Shown here piece by piece: positions 26,081-33,271 of a stretch of DNA of 35,081 nt; position 1 is the first letter of the stretch, and each line of letters starts with the position of its first letter. The DNA is from Nanobdellota archaeon. GTDB taxonomy: Archaea; Nanobdellota; Nanobdellia; Pacearchaeales; GW2011-AR1. The stretch covers positions 1-35,081 of the forward strand of contig JAUYDD010000164.1 in the NCBI GenBank assembly GCA_030704765.1. The letters are read 5' to 3'. A program made the translations under genes and the position numbers. The notes under the pieces are model-generated. The model saw only the letters and a program-made list of their open reading frames with translations. It made no database searches and was not told the origin of the DNA.

Positions 26081-27093
26081 GCAAAAAGAGCCTCTTTAAA
26101 TATCAATAATGCTAACAAACAAATAATTATTTGGAATATAAAAATAAGATAAACAGCATCTTTTTCATATACTTTTTTCTTTATTTTTTTCAATAAAAAT
26201 ATTGATAGATGAGATATTCCGTATATTTTATTATAAGGCATATCTATACTGCCATCTTTTCTTGGCAATCCAAAAGACTGTTTTTTTAGGTTTCCTCTTA
26301 ATTTTAAAAATGTCTCTATTATATAAAGGAAAAATATGAACACTGCTATTTTTTCAAAATTCCCCAGAATAGCCATGCATGCAATTAAAGCTCCTACTGA
26401 ATAAGTCATGATATCTCCGGGAAATACTTTTGCAGGATATTTATTGAAAACATAAAAAGCTATTAATGATGCTACCATGCATAATCCTACAATAGATAAC
26501 CAAGGATTTCCAGTAACATAAGCTACAAAAGATAAAAAACTTAATATAATAATTCCCTGTCCTGCTTCAAGACCATTAAATCCTGCTAAAAAATTATAAG
26601 TTGTTGTTGCACCTGCAATACCTATTGGTACTAATATAAGGGGATAGATTAATCCTAAAGATAATTCTCCTAAAAAGGGTAAATTAATAGTATGGTTTCC
26701 AGCATTTATTACTACTAAGGGTATAGAAGCTGCGAAAACTAAGAAAATCCTAAACCTGACTGATAATCCGCCATGTCTCCAGCCTAAAAGATCATCTACT
26801 AACCCAACTATAGCTAAAATAAGCACTATAGAAAGCATAGCAAATATCTTGGTTGTTATTCCATCACTATCTTGAAAAATAAATGTCCTTATAGCAATAT
26901 AAATCAGTACTGCTATTACAAAGGACATAACAACAATTATACCTCCTGATGAAGCTACATTTTTTGGATGATTGTACTTGTTCATATCTTCCCATAGTAA
27001 TCCTGTCTTATTGCATTTTTTTATCCATTTTGGCAATAAAATCATTGATAAAGCAAAGCTTATCAAAATTGACAAAAATAATAATTCTTCCAT
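26077..27093 (-). CDS. UDP-GlcNAc:polyprenyl/dolichyl-phosphate GlcNAc-1-P transferase (MraY/WecA superfamily, ALG7/AglH type)
   Basis: 338 aa, polytopic. GLVDDLLGW and NFLAGFNGLEAGQG, where the AG-x-NGLE-x-GQ form is the eukaryote/archaea-type GPT signature. 4-nt overlap with the downstream gene. Confidence 0.7.
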   Translation of the reverse strand: MEELLFLSILISFALSMILLPKWIKKCNKTGLLWEDMNKYNHPKNVASSGGIIVVMSFVIAVLIYIAIRTFIFQDSDGITTKIFAMLSIVLILAIVGLVDDLLGWRHGGLSVRFRIFLVFAASIPLVVINAGNHTINLPFLGELSLGLIYPLILVPIGIAGATTTYNFLAGFNGLEAGQGIIILSFLSFVAYVTGNPWLSIVGLCMVASLIAFYVFNKYPAKVFPGDIMTYSVGALIACMAILGNFEKIAVFIFFLYIIETFLKLRGNLKKQSFGLPRKDGSIDMPYNKIYGISHLSIFLLKKIKKKVYEKDAVYLIFIFQIIICLLALLIFKEALFA

Positions 27094-27143
27094 CTGATTT
27101 ATAGAAAATCAGAGTTTTTAAAATTAACAGTATATAAAAATCA

Positions 27144-27263
27144 AGAAAACCATAAGTTTACCACACACTAAAGTGTGTGGTTTGTTTAGTGGTTTTCTGG
27201 ATGCTCCAAAATCGATAATCCTGTCTTATCTCCACATCATAAATGATGTGGTTATCGATTTTG
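27144..27263 (+). repeat. GC-rich structured intergenic element, copy B
   Basis: AGAAAACCA 27144-27152 pairs with TGGTTTTCT 27190-27198, enclosing CCACACAC-TAAA-GTGTGTGG at 27161-27180. Core TTTTCTGGATGCTCCAAAATCGAT at 27193-27216. CAAAATCGATAA 27207-27218 pairs perfectly with TTATCGATTTTG 27252-27263, enclosing CCACATCAT / ATGATGTGG (27232-27251) with apex ATAAAT. Confidence 0.6.
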
Positions 27264-27289
27264 CACATATAAATCAAAAAGCCTAAAAA

Positions 27290-28843
27290 TCATATTTGAT
27301 GTAAAAACTTATTCTTTATAGAGGATATTATCATCAAATCATTATTATCCAGACTTCTTGATATAAATATCAAGAGTAGATAAATTAACATGAAAAATGA
27401 AGCAAGCATAATTAAAGAAAAAAGGTTTATTTCTATAAATCGTCTTAAATAAAATATGAACAATGCTGGAAATATTGAACAAAGGGCTATTCCTATCATT
27501 TTTTTTCTTAATGGTATTATTGAAGTATATTTTTTAACTTGAAAGAACAATAAGAAAAATAAAATTATTTGAGAAAATAATGTGGTAAAAGCAGCTCCTG
27601 ACATGCCGTATATGGGTACGATTATTATATTTAATGTCAAGTTAATAACGGCTGTAATAACTGTATTAAATAAAATAGTTTTAGATTTTCCTGCCATGGA
27701 CAAGAGATTATAAAATATTACAGATAGTGAATAAATGAAAAAGCTTATCGAGAGTATTCTTAATGGAATTTCAGCTGAGATATATTCAGATCCGAAAAGT
27801 AGATTAATAAAAGCTCCTGGAAACAAGAACATTAATGCAAAAACAGGAAGATTGATAATAAACACCCATTTTTCAACTTGTTTACTTAATTCTTTGACTA
27901 AAGAAAGGTTCTTCTTTGCATATTCCTTTGTTACTATCGGCAGGAAAAGACGCATAAAAATTGTTGGAAAAAATCCTAAAAGCATTGCAATAGATACTGC
28001 AGAAGTATAAAGCCCTACTTCCAAAGTCCCTTTGAAGTATCCTATTGTCAAAGAATCAATATAAAAAAATATTGCGTCTAAAAGACCTAAAAAAACTAAA
28101 GGCCAAGAATAAGAAAAAAGATCTTTTTTTATTTTTGATTTGGATTGCTTATCTAAATCATAAGAAGAATGTTTAATGAGATATTTCTTACAATAATAAT
28201 AAGATAATAAATAAATCAATAATAATCCTAATATATAAGAAATAATAATTGAATTAGAATTAAAACCTAGATATATGAACAATAGTAGCATAAAAATCTT
28301 TATAATACTAGGGGTAATATCAAAAATAAAAGTATATTCTTTTATTTTTTCAAATCCCTGTATCACTGCTAATAAAATGTTTGATAATGCGAAAAATGGC
28401 ACTCCTATACTGAATATCCTCAAAAATATCACTAGATTAGTATCATGAAAAATATTTACTGAAATATATTCTGAGAAAATAAATAATATTATTCCAGATA
28501 ACAAAGAGAGAAAAAAGATGAATGATAAAGAAATATGGTAAAGATACTTTAATCTATCTTTATCATCTCTAGACCTAAAAATAGAGATATATCTGAGTAC
28601 ACCTTCATGAAAACCTAGAGAAGCAAATACTCCGAACCATCCTAGAATTATCAATGCTAAAGAAAAACGGCCATAAACTTCTGGACCAAAATTTCTAGCA
28701 ATAATTATACGATAAACATATGCAAACAGTTTGGATATCAATATTCCTATAAAGACTATAATCGAGGTCTTTACTATGTTTTTTAATGAATTTTCTACTA
28801 GATGTTTTTTCTTATATCTCATGATATTAAATGAAAATGCCAT
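27290..28843 (-). CDS. Oligo/polysaccharide flippase (MOP superfamily, Wzx-like)
   Basis: 517 aa with 12-14 hydrophobic segments. N-terminal SKLFAYVYRIIIARNFGPEVYGRFSLAL is typical of Polysacc_synt proteins. Met8 (nt 28822) may be the true start, because a TTTTTAAATAT element at 28848-28858 would then sit about 30 nt upstream. Confidence 0.7.
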   Translation of the reverse strand: MAFSFNIMRYKKKHLVENSLKNIVKTSIIVFIGILISKLFAYVYRIIIARNFGPEVYGRFSLALIILGWFGVFASLGFHEGVLRYISIFRSRDDKDRLKYLYHISLSFIFFLSLLSGIILFIFSEYISVNIFHDTNLVIFLRIFSIGVPFFALSNILLAVIQGFEKIKEYTFIFDITPSIIKIFMLLLFIYLGFNSNSIIISYILGLLLIYLLSYYYCKKYLIKHSSYDLDKQSKSKIKKDLFSYSWPLVFLGLLDAIFFYIDSLTIGYFKGTLEVGLYTSAVSIAMLLGFFPTIFMRLFLPIVTKEYAKKNLSLVKELSKQVEKWVFIINLPVFALMFLFPGAFINLLFGSEYISAEIPLRILSISFFIYSLSVIFYNLLSMAGKSKTILFNTVITAVINLTLNIIIVPIYGMSGAAFTTLFSQIILFFLLFFQVKKYTSIIPLRKKMIGIALCSIFPALFIFYLRRFIEINLFSLIMLASFFMLIYLLLIFISRSLDNNDLMIISSIKNKFLHQI

Positions 28844-28920
28844 AATGTTTTTAAATATGAGGGTTTTTAAGATGAAAAGCCAATAATTGAGAAAAAAGGT
28901 TATTTGCCTATAAAATGAAC

Positions 28921-28945
28921 TACCTCGCCCTAAAGGGACGAGGTA
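28921..28945. repeat. GC-rich hairpin TACCTCGCCC-TAAA-GGGACGAGGTA
   Basis: TACCTCG 28921-28927 pairs with CGAGGTA 28939-28945, and CCC with GGG, around a TAAA loop. The same C-TAAA-G apex occurs at 27168-27173 and 9861-9866. Confidence 0.5.
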
Positions 28946-29016
28946 TTACTAAATAAAAAAAATGCTAACGACATTCAACACAAAGTTAAGAAGAAAAAAA
29001 TTAAATCTAACTACGG

Positions 29017-29061
29017 AGCACGGCTCTCCTCCATCTGTTTTAAAGCAGAGGTATCCGAGCC
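29017..29061 (-). repeat. Possible degenerate inverted copy of the structured element (hairpin + GTGCTCC on the minus strand)
   Basis: GGCTC 29022-29026 pairs with GAGCC 29057-29061, enclosing CC-A-TCTG / CAGA-GG. The minus strand then reads ...GAGAGCCGTGCTCCGTAG, sharing GTGCTCC with copy E2. It ends 11 nt upstream of ATG 29072. Confidence 0.3.
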
Positions 29062-29071
29062 TATTCATGTA

Positions 29072-29623
29072 ATGAAATTTTTAAGAAAAATTGCTAGGGA
29101 GCTATTATTAAAAAAAAGGAGCCCTGCAAGATACGATCTAGAAAGAAAAATCTTTCCAAAAATTAAACAAAAAAAGATTTTGCTTGTCGGTATTGCAGAC
29201 TATATAAAGAATTATCCTGATAAATTAAAAGAAAATGAGATATGGACCTTGGATATAGACCCGAACGTAGCTAAATATGGCTCAAAAAACCACATAATTG
29301 GAGATGTGTCTGTTGTAGATAAATATTTTAGTAAAAATTTTTTGGATTATATTTTTTTATGTGGAGTTATTGGCTGCGGTTTAAACGATATAATAAAAAC
29401 AGAAAAAGCCATAAATAATTCTTATAAAATATTAAAACCTAAAGGGATTTTAGTTGTAGGGTGGGATTCTGGGAATACAAAAAAATGGGGATTTAGATTG
29501 CCGCTTATGGATAATTTAAAAATAAATAAAAAATTTAATAGAACATCAAGATTTGGATTTCCAATAGGATATAAATACGGCACAGAAGAAAAATATTATA
29601 GTTATGATTTTCTTGAAAAATGA
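29072..29623 (+). CDS. Methyltransferase-like Rossmann protein (degenerate motif I)
   Basis: 183 aa. KILLVGIADY replaces the usual hhDhGxGxG. WTLDIDPN, DYIFLCGVIGCGLND and ILKPKGILVVGW keep class I MTase spacing. ATGA overlap with the downstream GT-C gene. Confidence 0.4.
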   Translation: MKFLRKIARELLLKKRSPARYDLERKIFPKIKQKKILLVGIADYIKNYPDKLKENEIWTLDIDPNVAKYGSKNHIIGDVSVVDKYFSKNFLDYIFLCGVIGCGLNDIIKTEKAINNSYKILKPKGILVVGWDSGNTKKWGFRLPLMDNLKINKKFNRTSRFGFPIGYKYGTEEKYYSYDFLEK

Positions 29624-31281
29624 AATATAAAATACTGCTTTCGCTGATATTGGTCTTGCATCTTATATTTGTAGTTATATCCATGAACCAACCTTTTCAT
29701 GGAGATGAGATAATCTGGACTGAAGCTGCGAATAGCATCATGAAGACAGGAAAACCTGTTTTTGACTATGGAAGAAATAATCCTATGCACATGGCTCTTT
29801 TACATGTTCCGACAAACATGTATATCCTGAGTGTTTTTATTTACTTTTTAGGTTATAATGAAATCTCTGCGAGATTAGTCTGCACTATTTTCAATATATT
29901 AACAATTTTCTTGATTTATTTTATATCTTTGGAAATATTTAAAAACAATAAAAATAAAAGAAGTTATTCTATACTTGCAGTATTTCTTTATGCTCTTAAT
30001 CCTTTCACTATACAGAGTATGATGCTAGTGGATGTTGATCCTGGATTATTAAATTTTTCATTGGCTCTTTTTTTATATTTATATATTAAAGAAAAAAAGT
30101 ATTATTTTCTAATACCTTCCTTAATCTTGGTTTTTTTATCAAAAGAAGTCGGCCTTGTCCTATTATTTCCGGTTTTAATCCTATCCAATATTATCCCCCC
30201 TAATAAGAAAAAAATCCTTGAAACTTTTGTTTTATTTATTATTTCAATATTGATATTCCTTTTAATATGTTTAATATTTTCAAAAATTACGGGTCTAGAC
30301 ATATTTATGCCACTTAAAACAAATTTTCTAGGGCAAAAAGCTAATTTTTTTGATAAAGGAGAAATACTTATACATATCTGGAATTTTAAGAATTTTTTTT
30401 ACTATGCAACTCCTTATTTAATTTCCTTGTTTTTTATCTTTTCTATTGTATTTTATTATAAAGTTATAAAAAATATTAATATAATTAAACGAAAAGATGT
30501 TCATGAGATTTTTTTAATCAATTTATTTGTATTTGCTATAATAGGATTATATATGATAAAGGGAGGAAGTGCCTGGGGATTTCCAAAATATTATATCCTA
30601 GCTATGCCTTGGATTTCGATTTTTATAGCTTTTATGTTATCAAAAAGCAATATTATTGAATATATGAAAAAGAAGCTTTATACTCATAGATTCCTTTTTA
30701 TCTTATTGATAATATTTATGTTCATCTATTTCTATTCGTATATTGGGGATCCCTTGATGCCTGAAATTGATACTTCTGTAAATAATACTGGAGTTTTTTT
30801 AGCAATAACACTTATATTAAAAAGCTTTATTCTTTATGCAATAATTCCATTCGCTGTAATATATCTCTTTTTTTATTTTTCCAGATTTAATGGCAAGATG
30901 TACATGGCATTATTGTTACTGATATTTTTTTCATATGCTTATATAGATATATTGCATACAACAGTAGATTATTCTACTTATAGCAAATACGGTGATAGGG
31001 GCATTCCAGAGGTTATAAATTATGTTAAAGAAAAAGATTTGCCAATTGAGAAAATAGCAACCCATATGCATATAGGACATTATTTAGGATTATCAAGATA
31101 TTATGAAATAACATTTAGTTATGATTATCCGGATAGATTTAAAAAAGAGATAATTGATAATCCAGAAATTGAATATTTAATAATATGGAACAGGGATGTT
31201 ATAAGAATAGGTGATAATATGAAATATTTTAAATTAGAAAAACAAATAGGAAGTTATTATATATACAGAAAAATTATATAG
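29620..31281 (+). CDS. GT-C fold membrane glycosyltransferase (ArnT/PMT, GT39/83-like)
   Basis: 553 aa with more than 10 TM segments. First-loop acidic motif QPFHGDEIIWTEAANS and a soluble C-terminal domain. No WWDYG motif. Confidence 0.6.
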   Translation: MKYKILLSLILVLHLIFVVISMNQPFHGDEIIWTEAANSIMKTGKPVFDYGRNNPMHMALLHVPTNMYILSVFIYFLGYNEISARLVCTIFNILTIFLIYFISLEIFKNNKNKRSYSILAVFLYALNPFTIQSMMLVDVDPGLLNFSLALFLYLYIKEKKYYFLIPSLILVFLSKEVGLVLLFPVLILSNIIPPNKKKILETFVLFIISILIFLLICLIFSKITGLDIFMPLKTNFLGQKANFFDKGEILIHIWNFKNFFYYATPYLISLFFIFSIVFYYKVIKNINIIKRKDVHEIFLINLFVFAIIGLYMIKGGSAWGFPKYYILAMPWISIFIAFMLSKSNIIEYMKKKLYTHRFLFILLIIFMFIYFYSYIGDPLMPEIDTSVNNTGVFLAITLILKSFILYAIIPFAVIYLFFYFSRFNGKMYMALLLLIFFSYAYIDILHTTVDYSTYSKYGDRGIPEVINYVKEKDLPIEKIATHMHIGHYLGLSRYYEITFSYDYPDRFKKEIIDNPEIEYLIIWNRDVIRIGDNMKYFKLEKQIGSYYIYRKII

Positions 31282-31301
31282 TATCTTATAGGGAATAAAA
31301 T

Positions 31302-31901
31302 TTATGACCAGTCTTTTATATAGTCCATGGAAGTCATTACAGCGTCTACATCTATTCTTTCTTCATCTAAAAATTTTCTATATATCTTTATATCTTGGGG
31401 CCTTCCCCATCTTTCAGGACAGACTAAGCATAGTTTAAATCCTTCTTTTTTCAATCGGTCATATACTTCTCTTGTTAATGGAAGCTGTGTGTTTACATCT
31501 ATCCAAACCCAATCTAATAAACCTTTTTGTGCAAGAGCCATCTCAATAGGCTCTGCTTCACTAAATCTTACTGCTATTTTTTTAAATCCATCCCTTCTTG
31601 TTGCATAATAAAGAAAAGGGAATTCAACATCCAAAAGAAAATAATCTTCTATATCATATTTTTTCGCTAAACCTATCACTTGTTTTTCTATACCTGCCTC
31701 CTTTATATTGAATATTATAAAAGCATGTTTGTATTCCTTTAGATAATCCTCTAATTCATCATGATCATCTGGATTTTTTATAGAATCATGATTTAATAAT
31801 AGTCTGTCACCATATGCCCTTATATCTATTTCAACACCATATTCTTGAGGTGTTTTTTTTAGATCCTCGATTTTATTAACCCTATGCCTTATTATTAACA
31901 T
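31302..31901 (-). CDS. GDPD/PI-PLC-like TIM-barrel phosphodiesterase (short form)
   Basis: The ORF track starts at TTG 31910, and the first ATG is at 31901 (MLIIRHR...). IIRHR, GVEIDIRAYGDRLLLNHD reproduce the H-R ... E-x-D ... H-D catalytic pattern of glycerophosphodiester phosphodiesterases. GGAG lies at 31914-31917 on the minus strand. Confidence 0.5.
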   Translation of the reverse strand: MLIIRHRVNKIEDLKKTPQEYGVEIDIRAYGDRLLLNHDSIKNPDDHDELEDYLKEYKHAFIIFNIKEAGIEKQVIGLAKKYDIEDYFLLDVEFPFLYYATRRDGFKKIAVRFSEAEPIEMALAQKGLLDWVWIDVNTQLPLTREVYDRLKKEGFKLCLVCPERWGRPQDIKIYRKFLDEERIDVDAVMTSMDYIKDWS

Positions 31902-31946
31902 ACTATTCAATATCTCCTAGTAATTATAAAGGTTATCATTTATAGT

Positions 31947-32109
31947 AACTGAAATTAATTTTTAATTTCAGTTCCTAAATATAGTGAAAAACATAAATAA
32001 CTGAGCAAAAATTTATGTTTTTCCCTGGATAGTCAAGGCATAACTGCTCAATTTTCAATGTCCTTGACTATACTAAAGGAATAAATTTTTCCGAAAATTT
32101 ATTTCCTTT
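31947..32109. repeat. Array of four consecutive long hairpins
   Basis: H1: AACTGAAATTA 31947-31957 / TAATTTCAGTT 31963-31973. H2: GAAAAACATAAAT 31986-31998 / ATTTATGTTTTTC 32011-32023. H3: ATAGTCAAGG 32029-32038 / CCTTGACTAT 32062-32071. H4: AAAGGAATAAATTTT 32075-32089 / AAAATTTATTTCCTTT 32094-32109 (one bulged T). H1-H3 are perfect. Confidence 0.7.
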
Positions 32110-32117
32110 CCTATAAA

Positions 32118-32915
32118 TCAAGCTTTTTTTATTAAAACTATTCTTCTTTGAAGAGCAAAAAATCTTGGAGAAAGGAAAACCAAGACAGAATCTAAAGTGC
32201 CTATAAGTCTTAATAATGTCAAAGGCAGCTCAATGGTTTTTGCTTTTGCAATTACTCCTCCTGAAAGTGGAAATATAAAAAACTCTGAAAAAGATTTTTC
32301 AACTATATCAAAGTAAGGCACTTCTTTATTAAATTTTTCCAAATCATCGAATAAGAGATTGGGTATTGCACAATTAGCAGACCAAAGATCATCTTTATCT
32401 GTGCAAGGAATCTTTAAGCTGTAGACATCTGCATTATAAGACCATCCTTCATGTTTCATTATCCTCAATATCAATCTCATAGCAATAGAGCAATTAACTT
32501 CTTGTATTAATAAATATCCTCCTGGTTTTAGGATCCTGTTCATTTCAGTAAAAAATTTTTTTGGATATGGAGTATGATGAATCATATTACTGCAGAAAAC
32601 GACATCATAATTATTTTTTTTTAATCGGGTCTTAAGAGCATCAACTTTTTTTTCTACCCAGGGATGATCTGCAAAATCTGTAAGCAAGAGACTGCAATCC
32701 TCTCTGATAAAATCTTTTGAAACTCCTGTTCCACAACCGACTTCAAGAACCTTATCTTTCTCTTTGATATATTTGTTCATCCAAGAAAACCTTTTGTTCA
32801 AAAGATATACTAAATTTCTTGGTTTATACTTATAATAATTCTCCCTTGCTAAGACTACATCTCCTTCATGCTTCATTAAATTTTTATTATGGCGAGACTT
32901 GTATTCTCTTAACAT
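32118..32915 (-). CDS. Class I SAM-dependent methyltransferase
   Basis: 265 aa. KVLEVGCGTGV (motif I), LLLTDFAD, DVVFCSNMIHHTPYPKKFFTEMNRILKPGGYLLIQE. Confidence 0.75.
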   Translation of the reverse strand: MLREYKSRHNKNLMKHEGDVVLARENYYKYKPRNLVYLLNKRFSWMNKYIKEKDKVLEVGCGTGVSKDFIREDCSLLLTDFADHPWVEKKVDALKTRLKKNNYDVVFCSNMIHHTPYPKKFFTEMNRILKPGGYLLIQEVNCSIAMRLILRIMKHEGWSYNADVYSLKIPCTDKDDLWSANCAIPNLLFDDLEKFNKEVPYFDIVEKSFSEFFIFPLSGGVIAKAKTIELPLTLLRLIGTLDSVLVFLSPRFFALQRRIVLIKKA

Positions 32916-32916
32916 T

Positions 32917-33216
32917 TTATTTTTTTATGTCTGAATCTTGGATATATTCGAAATCATATATTAAAGCTATATGTGCTTTTTGAAGCTCTTTACCTAGATA
33001 TGCTGCATGATCAAGCAAAGATATATGGCCTTCATCAATAATCTTATACATAATCTCTTCAGGAGTCTTTCCTATTATAATCCTTATAATTTCATTATTT
33101 TTTAAACAATGGGCTACTTCTATTATTTTCTTTTCTCTATTTATTCTTATTAAGAAATAGCCTTTTGGATCAAGATTCCATTTTTGTTTGAATCCGTTTG
33201 CATCTATCTCTTCCAT
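32917..33216 (-). CDS. DUF4346-like small protein
   Basis: 99 aa. WNLDPKGYFLIRIN...IEVAHC ... GHISLLDHAAYLGKELQKAHIAL...YIQD matches my recollection of the DUF4346 pattern (LDP-GYF ... HAAYLGrEL-kAe ... Y-QD). One nt separates it from the downstream methyltransferase gene. Confidence 0.45.
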   Translation of the reverse strand: MEEIDANGFKQKWNLDPKGYFLIRINREKKIIEVAHCLKNNEIIRIIIGKTPEEIMYKIIDEGHISLLDHAAYLGKELQKAHIALIYDFEYIQDSDIKK

Positions 33217-33241
33217 GTTTATATAAATTATTCGTAATAAT

Positions 33242-33252
33242 CTTTATAAAAG
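33242..33252. promoter_or_regulatory. Near-palindromic TATA-like element CTTTATAAAAG midway between divergent ATGs 33216 (-) and 33272 (+)
   Basis: 55-nt spacer. The element is centred about 25-31 nt from each start codon. Confidence 0.35.
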
Positions 33253-33271
33253 CTTTTAGGTATTCTAGAAG

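Noticed and set aside
27232-27251. Box C/D sRNA, suggested by TGATG-like and CTGA-like strings in several hairpins (for example AAATGATGTGG here and the CTGA loops at 35047-35050 and 34870-34873).
   Set aside because: No copy shows a RUGAUGA box near a 5' end paired with a CUGA box near a 3' end at the 50-70 nt spacing, nor internal C'/D' boxes. The strings sit inside stems or loops of long perfect hairpins instead.
31902-31910. TTG at 31910 as the start of the GDPD-like gene, and GTG at 5982 as the start of the 126-aa small ORF, as implied by the ORF track.
   Set aside because: In-frame ATGs lie 3 and 2 codons downstream (31901 and 5976). For 5976, the SD-like GAGG is at optimal spacing and the GTG is part of the SD itself. 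For 31910, GGAG would be only 3 nt from the TTG. The starts remain uncertain, but ATG is preferred.
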